A stretch of DNA of 64,000 nucleotides, taken from the NCBI GenBank assembly GCA_965222155.1, contig CBDCTH010000004.1, positions 32,001-96,000 of the forward strand, written 5' to 3'. The DNA comes from Gammaproteobacteria bacterium (lineage in GTDB: Bacteria > Pseudomonadota > Gammaproteobacteria > Eutrophobiales > Eutrophobiaceae). Every line of letters begins with the position of its first letter. Within the stretch, counting starts at the first letter, position 1. Shown here one piece after another: positions 55,570 to 64,000 of the stretch. Position numbers and translations under genes: made by a program. The notes under the pieces are model-generated. The model saw nothing but the letters and a program-made list of their open reading frames with translations. It was not told the DNA's origin and ran no database searches.

Positions 55570-55755
55570 TATTTACATGATACATCGGGTTGTGCAATTT
55601 TCAGATTCTCAGCCAGGGCTGGCTGATTTCGGCCCCTGGCTTTTTTTCCCTCAGCGAGCGACATCTTCGCGACGATGTCCGCGGCTTTAGCCTTCGCAGC
55701 AGCCCGCACCTCCGGCTTAATGTTTTCTCTATGTTCATTCAGTGGCTTGGCCATG
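55569..55755 (-). pseudogene. XRE/HigA-like antitoxin, C-terminally truncated
   Basis: Follows a RelE-like toxin; SLAEGKKARGRNQPALAENLKIAQPDVSCK* ends inside the helix-turn-helix. Confidence 0.7.
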
Positions 55756-55767
55756 ATGTCCCTCCGC

Positions 55768-56127
55768 CTATTTGAACCCTTCATTATCCAGGTGATTTAA
55801 AAATTCATTCTCCGCCAACGGGATCATCCGATCATAAAATCGCTTATCCTTTTTACCGTCTTTACGTCCACCGCATAGCAAGACAGCACGTCGTTTTGGA
55901 TCAAAGGCATAAAAGACGCGGTAGGGTTTCCCGGCATGCTGAATTATCAACTCTTTCAGGTTCTTGACCGTACGTGTACCTTTCAAGGTATCCGCATAAG
56001 GCCGTGCCAGCCAGGGACCTGTCATCTCCAATACTTCAACCATTGCCAGTACGTCTTCCTGTTCCCCGTCCGTTAAAGCCAGAAACCACTTTTCATACTC
56101 CTCAGTGACCAGAATTTTCCATGTCAT
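55768..56127 (-). CDS. RelE/HigB (Gp49-like) toxin
   Basis: GPWLARPYADTLKG..NLKELII..PYRVFYAFDPKRRAVLLCGGRK..FYDRMIPLA; toxin-first gene order. Confidence 0.9.
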   Translation of the reverse strand: MTWKILVTEEYEKWFLALTDGEQEDVLAMVEVLEMTGPWLARPYADTLKGTRTVKNLKELIIQHAGKPYRVFYAFDPKRRAVLLCGGRKDGKKDKRFYDRMIPLAENEFLNHLDNEGFK

Positions 56128-56154
56128 ATTGCATGCTCCCTACTCCATGGATAG

Positions 56155-56182
56155 AGCATACATTTAACATATATATTGTCAA
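56155..56182 (-). promoter_or_regulatory. Putative sigma70 promoter of the HigBA-like pair
   Basis: Minus strand TTGACA-16 bp-TATGCT. Confidence 0.6.
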
Positions 56183-56539
56183 ATTATTGTCAGGGAATTG
56201 TCAGGCACTGTAGATAGCGCACGGGGCGAGATCATACTTTTGTCGTAAACAATAGGGTTTGAAGCCAGGAGCGGAGTACCTTGCCTTGCGTTGAATCTCG
56301 ACGTTCTACCAATAGCACACCCGTTTCAAGTTCCAAAATTGTAATAACCGACAAGAAAAGACTCGTGGTTGAAACTTCATTGGACAAACCACGTTTTTTC
56401 TATCAAGCCAAAAGGCTCAATAATGAAAACGGTATCATGTATCTGGATACAAATGAGGATAAACTAACCATACACAATGCTTTACCAGACAGGTGGTTTA
56501 AGCTATTAAACTGAACTATCATCCGGAAACAGATTCACT

Positions 56540-56605
56540 TGCAGTGGCAGAACTGACGTCGGAGTTTTCCCGGCAAGGTATATGCTGTGAGGTCGTAACG
56601 ATTCG
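56540..56605 (+). pseudogene. Remnant of the GT4 gene of cluster copy B
   Basis: Reads AVAELTSEFSRQGICCEVVT, matching VASELTTELVRKGVRCEIVT of 48423-49637, and lies just upstream of flippase B. Confidence 0.65.
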
Positions 56606-56643
56606 TCGTTGTTATACGCCAACATAGAGCAAAGCAGATCAAC

Positions 56644-58179
56644 ATGAATAGTAATGATGCGCGTGAGACCAGCCTGAGCGCGCGCACGCTGAGCGGGATT
56701 GGATGGTCTTATCTGTCTACTTTCATCAAGGCATTGTTGTCGTTGCTGGTCCTGGTGATCCTGGCCCGGTTGTTAACGCCGATTGACTTTGGGTTACTTG
56801 GTATTGCCTGGATTTTTATTATGTTGGGGGCTAGGTTCGGTCAGGCAGTCGTCGGTCCCGCAATAGTTCAACGGAGCGAGTTGACCGATCGTCATATTCA
56901 GGTCGGTTTTACGCTCTCAATGCTTATCGGCATTGTCATAATGGGTATAATCTGGTTGCTTGCGCCGCTTATCGGTGAGTTCTTCAAGGAAGCAATGGCA
57001 GCGCAGGTCCTCCAGGTGTTATCAGTGGTATTTGTTATTAATGGAGTGGGGGCTATACCTACTCACCTGCTGCGCCGTAATCTCCAATTTAAGCAATTGA
57101 TGGTGGCTGACATCCTGGCGTATTCGATTGGCTACGGATTTATAGCAGTAGTTCTGGCTTTTCAGGGATTTGGTGTATGGTCCCTGGTCTGGGGCGAGAT
57201 CATGCACAAGGTGATCCATACAGCCGTGGTAATCCGTTATTCTCCAGAGCATCTCCGGCCCCGCTGGGCGATTCGTGAGGCAACTGAGCTGCTCTCGCGT
57301 GGGGCCGGGTTTTCGTTAGCCGGGTTTTTTGAGTTCGTCGCCCGGCAAGGCGGTTACTTCGTCATCGGGCGGTGGCTGGGTGCTACCTCTCTCGGTTATT
57401 ACACTCGGGCTGACCGACTAATTCTTCTGCCGAGAAACTACGTCAGTCAGAGTTTATTCCAGGTCCTGTTTCCAGCCATGGCACAGAGACAGCAGGGAAC
57501 AGATCGTCTTGCAATCATTTACCTGCACGGCACCGAGATATTGTCATTGGTGGCATTGCCGGTTGGCGCCATGCTGTTTGTATGTGCCCCCGAGATTGTC
57601 TCGGTCATTCTGGGAGGACAGTGGGGTCCGGTTGTTATTCTGCTCCAGATTCTTGCATTTGCTGTTCTGTTCCAAATGTGTGACATCCTGAATATTGCAG
57701 CAGCAGGCGCAATCGGTGCAGTCTATCGTCAGGCCTGGCGACAAGGGGTACACGCTTTTCTTATTGTCGGCAGCGCCTGGTTCGCAAGTCGTTGGGGTCT
57801 GGAAGGCGTAGTGATTGCTATTGTCGGCGCCCAGGTTGTCGCTTATCTACTGTTGACACAATTGACAGTGTCGCTTTTAAAACTGCACTGGCGGCGTCTC
57901 CTGCGTTGCTGTCTGCCGGCGTTATGGGTCGGCGCCTGGGTTGTCATGACGCTGTGGCTGGCCGCCGGCCAGGTACGGGCTATGCACCTGTCTGCCGGGC
58001 TATCGCTGTTAATCGAGGTACTCATCTGGTCCGCGACAATTATAGCGGCGGTATATTACGCTCCATCATTCGCTCGTCCCTTGTCCGTTCCCTGGGCAAT
58101 GACGAATATACCCTTTGAGGTTTTGGGAACCACCGGACATTACTTTAAAAAGGGACTGAAATGGCTGTCACGAGATTAA
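56644..58179 (+). CDS. Wzx-like polysaccharide flippase (copy B)
   Basis: Collinear paralog of 49630-51177. Confidence 0.92.
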   Translation: MNSNDARETSLSARTLSGIGWSYLSTFIKALLSLLVLVILARLLTPIDFGLLGIAWIFIMLGARFGQAVVGPAIVQRSELTDRHIQVGFTLSMLIGIVIMGIIWLLAPLIGEFFKEAMAAQVLQVLSVVFVINGVGAIPTHLLRRNLQFKQLMVADILAYSIGYGFIAVVLAFQGFGVWSLVWGEIMHKVIHTAVVIRYSPEHLRPRWAIREATELLSRGAGFSLAGFFEFVARQGGYFVIGRWLGATSLGYYTRADRLILLPRNYVSQSLFQVLFPAMAQRQQGTDRLAIIYLHGTEILSLVALPVGAMLFVCAPEIVSVILGGQWGPVVILLQILAFAVLFQMCDILNIAAAGAIGAVYRQAWRQGVHAFLIVGSAWFASRWGLEGVVIAIVGAQVVAYLLLTQLTVSLLKLHWRRLLRCCLPALWVGAWVVMTLWLAAGQVRAMHLSAGLSLLIEVLIWSATIIAAVYYAPSFARPLSVPWAMTNIPFEVLGTTGHYFKKGLKWLSRD

Positions 58180-58278
58180 CCCGATTATTGACATCAATGC
58201 CGGAACAGTCATACTTTGTATCTCATTACGTGGTGGTCGTGGAAAGTCTTGATACCTGAATCATCTGGTCAAAAAAGC

Positions 58279-58935
58279 ATGAACGAAAGCATTGTCGTGC
58301 GTGACGGATATAAACGCGTCTTCGACCTGGCGCTTATTATTATCGCCTATATCCTGCTGTTTCCCCTGTGGCTGATCGTTTGGGTTGTGGTGCCCCTTGC
58401 CATCTGGCTGGAGGATCGCGGGCCGGTTTTCTATGCGCAAGAACGGATCGGCAGGCAGGGAAAGCATTTCAAAGTCCTCAAGTTTCGCACGATGATACCG
58501 GATGCCGAGAGTCAGACCGGGCAGGTTTGGGCGGCGGAAGACGACCCGCGCTTAACAAAAGTCGGAAAGTTGTTACGCAGGTTGCATTTTGACGAGATAC
58601 CGCAGGTCATAAATATCGTAAGGGGTGAGATGAGCTTGGTGGGACCGCGACCCGAACGCCCGGCTCTGGCCGAACAGTTCAACCGTGAAGTGCCGGGATT
58701 TTCCGAACGTCTCAGGGTCAGGCCGGGTATCGCAGGCTTGGCCCAGGTGCGCGGCAGTTATTGGACGGATCCAAGTTACAAGCTGAAGTACGACAACCTG
58801 TATATTGAAACAATGAACCCCTGGCTGGACATCAAGCTGCTCTTTCTTGCCGTTTGGGTTGCCATCAAACGCGTGCTCAGTGGTTCGGAAGTCTCTGTCA
58901 TTGAAGCCAGCGGTGAGGAAGGTCAAACCCAGTGA
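58279..58935 (+). CDS. Priming sugar (phosphoglycosyl) transferase (copy B)
   Basis: Paralog of 51263-51910; KFRTM, DEIPQ, GEMSLVGPRPE. Start chosen by alignment with copy A. Confidence 0.93.
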   Translation: MNESIVVRDGYKRVFDLALIIIAYILLFPLWLIVWVVVPLAIWLEDRGPVFYAQERIGRQGKHFKVLKFRTMIPDAESQTGQVWAAEDDPRLTKVGKLLRRLHFDEIPQVINIVRGEMSLVGPRPERPALAEQFNREVPGFSERLRVRPGIAGLAQVRGSYWTDPSYKLKYDNLYIETMNPWLDIKLLFLAVWVAIKRVLSGSEVSVIEASGEEGQTQ

Positions 58936-58960
58936 GAGGGCGAAGCGTGGAGGTAGACAC

Positions 58961-59809
58961 TTGGCGACTGAACAGATGCAGGGCCAACAAGTCACCGTTT
59001 CAATTGTAATCCTGACCTGGAATTCTGAGCGGCAGATTGAGGCGTGTTTAGCCTCCCTGGCTCAGGGATTGAGCGCGTTTCCTTCCGAGATCATTGTGAT
59101 AGACAATGACTCACAGGATGAGACCCGTGCCGTCGTCAAAAAAACCTGGCCCCAGGTGCAGTTGGTGTGTAACACGGAAAACCGTGGTGTTGCCCCTGCC
59201 CGTAACCAGGGTATACGCTTGGCTAGTGGAGAATACGTCGTTATCCTGGATGACGACACGGTTGTACAGCCGGGGGCTTTGGACTGCCTCATCCGCTATA
59301 TGGAGGACCAGCCTGAGGTAGGTTTGTGCGGACCTAAACTGACTGACGCTGACGGAGAATTGCAGTTGTCGTGCCGGTGGTTTCCGACCCTGGTCGATAA
59401 ACTGGCCCGACGTCTGCCCTTAGCCGCGGCCCGGAAAGTGACTAGCAAAGTGGAAATGGCGGACTGGGACCACCAGACGATTCGCGCGGTAGATTACGTG
59501 ATCGGCGCCTGCCAGGTCATTCGTCGCCGTGCTTTACAGGAGGTGGGACCGTTTGACGAGCGCATCTTTTATGGTCCGGAAGACGTCGATCTGTGTCTGC
59601 GGTTGCAACAGGCCGGCTGGCAGGTAATGTATAACCCCGATGCTGTCGTTGTGCATAAAGAGCGGCGGCTGACCCGCTCGCTACAGTCTGACCTGATGTG
59701 GAAACACGTATGGGGACTCGGCTATTTTTTCTGGAAGCACGGCTACTTGCTGTCCCGCCGACGGCTGTACGCGCAGCTTGCCCAGTCCAGGCCGTCCGGT
59801 CAGGCTTAA
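58961..59809 (+). CDS. Glycosyltransferase family 2 (intact copy B)
   Basis: VSIVILTWNS, VIDNDSQD, ARNQG, ILDDD, VIGACQ, FDERIFYGPEDVDLCLR. GGAGG precedes TTG at 58961 (start uncertain). Confidence 0.92.
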   Translation: MATEQMQGQQVTVSIVILTWNSERQIEACLASLAQGLSAFPSEIIVIDNDSQDETRAVVKKTWPQVQLVCNTENRGVAPARNQGIRLASGEYVVILDDDTVVQPGALDCLIRYMEDQPEVGLCGPKLTDADGELQLSCRWFPTLVDKLARRLPLAAARKVTSKVEMADWDHQTIRAVDYVIGACQVIRRRALQEVGPFDERIFYGPEDVDLCLRLQQAGWQVMYNPDAVVVHKERRLTRSLQSDLMWKHVWGLGYFFWKHGYLLSRRRLYAQLAQSRPSGQA

Positions 59810-59964
59810 AGGGGTTACCAGAGGTAGTGAATGTCGTATTGGTCGAAAAGCGTCTCAATTACTGGCATGATGATATTGCACTTTGCTTATTCTTCCCTAC
59901 ACTGTACAAGGAACCGCTGACAGCGGCTGATTTAACCCGACTTTAACACCCACTCACCAGACCA

Positions 59965-60888
59965 TTGAACCAAAGTAATCCAGTCGATTTTCTCGTTGTT
60001 GGCGCCGCAAAATCAGGAACAACGACTTTGTTCGAGACTCTTAGTAAGCACCCTGGGATTTTTATTCCACAGCGTAAAGAGTGTCGATATTTTTCTTGTA
60101 CTCTTGGCGAGTTCGCAGGGCCAGGGCTGCAATATGCAGATAATGTAATTCGATCCTTAGAAGAGTATCGACGTCTGTTTAAAAAGGCCAAACCGGCTCA
60201 GCTCTGTGGGGATATTTCACCTGACTACCTGTATTATTACCAGAATGCCGTCCCCAAAATTCTTAACGAAACAAATGCGCAGATCCCGATTATTATCGTT
60301 TTGCGCAATCCCATAGACCGGGCACATTCAAGTTACCTCTACCATGTACGCGATGGGCGGGAGAGATTGAGTTTTGAAGATGCCCTGAATGCGGAAGAAG
60401 AACGCCGTGCTGCAAATTGGGCTTGGGGGTGGTTATATGTGGCTGGTGGGTTATACGCTGAACAGGTCAAGGCATATACCGACAATTTTGAGCGGGTTTT
60501 ACTTCTTTTGTTTGAAGAAGACATTGTAACGGGGCAGGCAGCAGAAAAGATTTTGAATTTCTTAAATCTCGATTTTCTCCCGGAAGACCTGGGTAATATA
60601 CACGAAAATGTTTCAGGTTATCCCAAAAATCGTCTGTTGCATCGGGTGACTACGCGAGTTATGGTGGATGAATTGATCGTCAGAAAAGTCAAGAATGCGA
60701 TCAAGGCGACTCCATTATATGCCGGCTCAAGGCGAATTTACCGAAAAATACTGGAAGCAAATTTGAAAAAGGAAGAAATGGCCACAAAGACGAGGGAGAT
60801 GCTCAAAGAAAAGTTTCAGGGAGATGTGGCCCTGTTGGCAGAGCGAACTAAACTTCCCGTTCAAAAGTTCTGGACGGATTTTCAATGA
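59965..60888 (+). CDS. Sulfotransferase family protein (intact copy B)
   Basis: 5'-PSB VGAAKSGTT and 3'-PB LRNPIDRAHS; 307 aa. Confidence 0.92.
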   Translation: MNQSNPVDFLVVGAAKSGTTTLFETLSKHPGIFIPQRKECRYFSCTLGEFAGPGLQYADNVIRSLEEYRRLFKKAKPAQLCGDISPDYLYYYQNAVPKILNETNAQIPIIIVLRNPIDRAHSSYLYHVRDGRERLSFEDALNAEEERRAANWAWGWLYVAGGLYAEQVKAYTDNFERVLLLLFEEDIVTGQAAEKILNFLNLDFLPEDLGNIHENVSGYPKNRLLHRVTTRVMVDELIVRKVKNAIKATPLYAGSRRIYRKILEANLKKEEMATKTREMLKEKFQGDVALLAERTKLPVQKFWTDFQ

Positions 60889-61003
60889 GTAGTCCCCTTC
60901 TATTTGCGCTCAAGATCACCCTCAAGCCGTACGATACCGTCTTCGCCGGGATACTCCCGTAGCTGCACCAGACCGATCGAACGTGGTGAAATCGGTATAC
61001 TGG

Positions 61004-61168
61004 GGCATCCAGGGTCAGACCAGTATAAAAAGTATAACTGTTTGATTTTAATTGATAATCCGTCTGTACATGACCTTTTCAAATCGTTAGAACACGCGTT
61101 TTATTACGAAAAAAGACATTGTAAGAAATGTCACTTGCTTAACATGATATTTTCCGCCGTGAAAACCC
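61004..61168. repeat. ~165-bp dispersed direct repeat, copy 1
   Basis: GCATCCAGGGTCAGACCAG...CCGCCGTGAAAACCC, near-identical to 63339-63500; partial copy at 63245-63329. Confidence 0.92.
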
Positions 61169-61292
61169 AGTACTTGTTTGAACCAGAAAGGACATTTATA
61201 CTCCACATATACACGCGTCAAACGCGAATCTGCAATGGCCACAAGCTCAGACTGTAAGCGAAAGATAGGAATCATGGTATGCTTGGACTATT

Positions 61293-61763
61293 ATGCCCTG
61301 GAAGACAAGAGGGACAAGCACCCGACCGAGAAATGTTGGAGAATTGGTGATGGATGAGAAAGATAGCGCAGTCAATCAGAAGGCCGAGAGCACAAATAGA
61401 GTCTTTGCAGAATTCTTTAATAAAATTACTGATCGGTTTGTGCCAGCTACCTCCGAAGACGACAATGCCTCTTCATGGATAAGGTATGGTGTAACACCTC
61501 TGGGATTGTTTGTTTGGTGTGCCTACGCGTATTTATACGTGAAAATTGCCAGCGTAACAGAGAATCAAAATGATATGCTATTTAAAGAACTTCCACCTGA
61601 CTGGGCAGGATCAACCTCAGTAGTTCTTTGGAGTATGGCCATCATGCTGTGGTTTTTGATAGGTAAGAGCTTTAAACGTGGGCAAGCACTGACCTTCTTT
61701 TTCTACGGTCTGATTTTCCCCACGTTAGCCTTGCAAATTCTGAGGTTCGCATTCCCATCGTAA
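61293..61763 (+). CDS. Hypothetical membrane protein (about 3 TM segments)
   Basis: 156-aa ORF with hydrophobic stretches; no recognised family. Confidence 0.6.
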   Translation: MPWKTRGTSTRPRNVGELVMDEKDSAVNQKAESTNRVFAEFFNKITDRFVPATSEDDNASSWIRYGVTPLGLFVWCAYAYLYVKIASVTENQNDMLFKELPPDWAGSTSVVLWSMAIMLWFLIGKSFKRGQALTFFFYGLIFPTLALQILRFAFPS

Positions 61764-61778
61764 TGAGGCTCCGGACAA

Positions 61779-62396
61779 ATGAATATATGGGCAACACAGG
61801 TATTAGTATTAATGATGGTCCTAGGTTGGACAGCACAAGTCGTTTCCCAAGGCAAACGCGATAATGCAATAGATACGGAATACAGTGCCCAACTCGCCAA
61901 CGCCAAACCGAACGATGTTGATCGTGCGACGCTTCCCAGAAAACTGCTTTGGGCGGGAATCTCATTGATCAATCCTGACGAGCGATACAAGCTTGTCCCT
62001 CTATTCGGTTATTCCATTTCCAATTTGGATGAAAAATGGTCAGAAGAACATTTGGGCAATGTGCTGGCTAAGGTAGAGGCGGGCAGTGTCCGTCTTGCCA
62101 TACTGAAACTAGATGCAGTTGCATCAGATTCTGGGAACACTTATAAAGGGCAGGGCATCCAAGTCAGCAGTAAAAAAAACAGTAATTTCCCAGTATATAC
62201 TCAGGCACAGGTGTCCAATTTCCTGAAGGCTAATAGCATAGATATAAGTTATAAAGACATGATCGCATTCAGCCAACCCCTTAGCGATGTGGATTTCAAG
62301 GAAGAATTCATTGCCAATTCAACTCTCTGGGCCAACGATAGCAGTGTGCGTCTACCTGACAAGGATACGGCTTCTACATCATTAGTAAAAAAATAA
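61779..62396 (+). CDS. Hypothetical exported protein
   Basis: 205-aa ORF with a signal-peptide-like N-terminus, 15 bp after the previous ORF. Confidence 0.65.
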   Translation: MNIWATQVLVLMMVLGWTAQVVSQGKRDNAIDTEYSAQLANAKPNDVDRATLPRKLLWAGISLINPDERYKLVPLFGYSISNLDEKWSEEHLGNVLAKVEAGSVRLAILKLDAVASDSGNTYKGQGIQVSSKKNSNFPVYTQAQVSNFLKANSIDISYKDMIAFSQPLSDVDFKEEFIANSTLWANDSSVRLPDKDTASTSLVKK

Positions 62397-62743
62397 GAAG
62401 ATACCTGTTAGGCGGATTCAAGTCATAAGTGCAACAAGTGGTTTGGTATTGTTCTGAACCAGCTCAGCGAATACCTCCCACGGGGTCTTAAACCCCAAAC
62501 TTATACGCAAAATTAATGTCTTTTGCTATCAGATACAAAAGTATGCGTTTGCCCTGCTTTACCGGCCCGAATCCCGGAACGTTCTGCACCATGGCGTACT
62601 TTATGGTATTATCAAGTTTGCGCCGCGAACGCGTGTTTCTTCGTTCAAATGTCATTTATTAGTAGTGGGCAGGGAGCAGTTATGTGTAAGTGTGTTAGTC
62701 AAACCAGGATGACCTGTAATTATAAGCAAAGGAGTTCAACACA

Positions 62744-63061
62744 ATGCAACTACTCATAGAATCTATGGCAATTATCATACCCTTGACCGCGATCATGGTG
62801 ACGCTGTTTTCCTGGTTGCGTCAGGACATCAGGGCACAAGGTGATCGTCTCGATAGACGCATCGACGAACAGGGCAAGGAGATCAGGACGCAAGGTGATC
62901 GTCTTAATGAACGCGTCGACGAACAGGGCAAGGATGTCAAGATTCTGATCGCTGACATATCCGCCCTGAAAGCCACGCTGGAAACTTTCTTCCGACTGCG
63001 CGTGGACCCGCCCCAGCCACCGGACAATACTAACCCTGATCAGGTCAGCAAGGTCGCATGA
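62744..63061 (+). CDS. Small membrane-anchored coiled-coil protein
   Basis: AGGAG RBS; N-terminal TM segment; internal 18-aa duplication IR(A/T)QGDRL..R(I/V)DEQGK(E/D). Confidence 0.75.
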   Translation: MQLLIESMAIIIPLTAIMVTLFSWLRQDIRAQGDRLDRRIDEQGKEIRTQGDRLNERVDEQGKDVKILIADISALKATLETFFRLRVDPPQPPDNTNPDQVSKVA

Positions 63062-63158
63062 ACGACATTCCCGTCGTACAGCACCACTATAAGGTATCTA
63101 AGTCCGATGCCTCTGTCGCACTCATACGTGTACTGAGTAGCGGTCTGGTTACGCCGCT

Positions 63159-63218
63159 GAACCGGAATCGGTGTTCACCTTCAACCGGAATCAGTGTTCA
63201 TCTTCACCGGAATACGCA
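63159..63218. mobile_element. Isolated IS21-family terminus
   Basis: Tandem ~23-bp units AACCGGAATCRGTGTTCAYCTTC ending CCGGAATACGCA (reverse complement TGCGTATTCCGG...). No istAB nearby. Confidence 0.75.
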
Positions 63219-63244
63219 GTCCTGGCGGTAGAAGTCGCTCAGGC

Positions 63245-63500
63245 GCATCCAGGGTCAGACCAGCATAAAAAGTATAACTGTTTGATTTTAATTGATAATC
63301 CGTCTGTACATGACCTTTTCCAATCGTTAATGGCAGTGCATCCAGGGTCAGACCAGTATAAAAACTATAACTGTTTGATTTTAATTGATAATCCGTCTAT
63401 ACATGACCTTTTCCAATCGTTAGAACACGCGTTTTATTACGAAAAAAGACATTGTAAGAAATGTCACTTGCTTAACATGATATTTTCCGCCGTGAAAACC
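63245..63500. repeat. Partial plus full copy of the ~165-bp repeat in tandem
   Basis: 63245-63329 holds the first ~85 bp and 63339-63500 the full unit. Confidence 0.92.
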
Positions 63501-63781
63501 CTGTTCTAATCCTTAAAACGGCGCGCTATTGAGAATTTTATCCTCTATAATCATAGAGTTATATTGGTCCGACCCCCTCGTGTCGTCGTATCACTGCAGC
63601 CTGCAAGTTGTACACTGGGCGACTATATCAGGCACTCAAGAGTTTCCGCACCGGTGTGGTCATCGCACCTGCGGTCTGATGTGATTTAACATAGATAATT
63701 GCACGTTACGTGAGAATTTGCGAAAAATTTACGAATAATGCTATAATTGTGTCATCTAAATGCCCCAAAAGGAATAAGCCA

Positions 63782-64000
63782 ATGCTGTTACGTTTTGCTG
63801 TAGCAAATCACCTTTCCATTCGCGAGAGTCAGGAATTGTCCTTCGCTGCATCTTCGTTGAGAGACCGAGGCGATGGGCTAATTGACTGCAAAGCGGTGCA
63901 GAGCGGGTCAGTTTTGCCCGCGATAGTGATCTATGGCGCCAATGCATCAGGCAAATCCAATATCGTGAATGCAATAGCCGCCATGATGAAAATGGTATTG
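63782..64000 (+). CDS. AAA_21/RloA-like ATPase, N-terminal part (runs off the window)
   Basis: MLLRFAVANHLSIRESQELSF...AIVIYGANASGKSNIVNA (Walker A); AGGA RBS. Confidence 0.85.
   Translation, partial: MLLRFAVANHLSIRESQELSFAASSLRDRGDGLIDCKAVQSGSVLPAIVIYGANASGKSNIVNAIAAMMKMVL

Noticed and set aside
56281-56514. 77-aa ORF upstream of cluster copy B
   Set aside because: TTG start, no recognisable motif; may be a gene remnant, so not called.
63245-63500. Possible CRISPR array, and the ORFs 60904-61257 and 63171-63509
   Set aside because: Units are 85-165 bp with no unique spacers of regular length and no cas genes. The ORFs are read-throughs of the repeat.
40089-64000. Established horizontal transfer of bacterial genes into the animal genome
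   Set aside because: No introns, host repeats or compositional amelioration, and the adjacent host gene is cut. Not supportable without spanning reads.

Overview
The window joins two very different DNAs at about 40,040-40,075. Bases 1 to ~40,060 are intron-rich animal DNA with abundant (GACA)n microsatellites and MITEs; a sponge-like host is my inference. I reconstructed six genes there by hand from spliced exons: MAPKAP1/SIN1 (-), FAM72 (+, head-to-head with SIN1), an SRPK kinase (-), POGLUT1/Rumi (-), a membrane selenoprotein of the MSP family (-) and MTMR14 (-, 5' exons missing at the junction). This part also holds Tc1/pogo, Kolobok-like, Sola1-like and REL-type non-LTR retroelement remnants. 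Bases ~40,075-64,000 are gene-dense gammaproteobacterial DNA: leuA-udg-rimI-cysM-exonuclease, galE, an L,D-transpeptidase, rlmD, two toxin-antitoxin pairs, a duplicated and reciprocally decayed polysaccharide/sulfotransferase cluster, a dead IS5, an IS21 end, orphan genes and the start of an AAA ATPase. The top finding is missed by the ORF track. The gene at 29,634-31,301 reads through two in-frame UGA codons (CGDU and GAUCWP) and has two canonical SECIS hairpins in its 3' UTR. That makes it a probable two-selenocysteine MSP-family protein in an animal, a family I recall only from algae, amoebozoans and ciliates. The host/bacterium junction is most likely an assembly chimera. All family assignments come from motif recognition, not from database searches.
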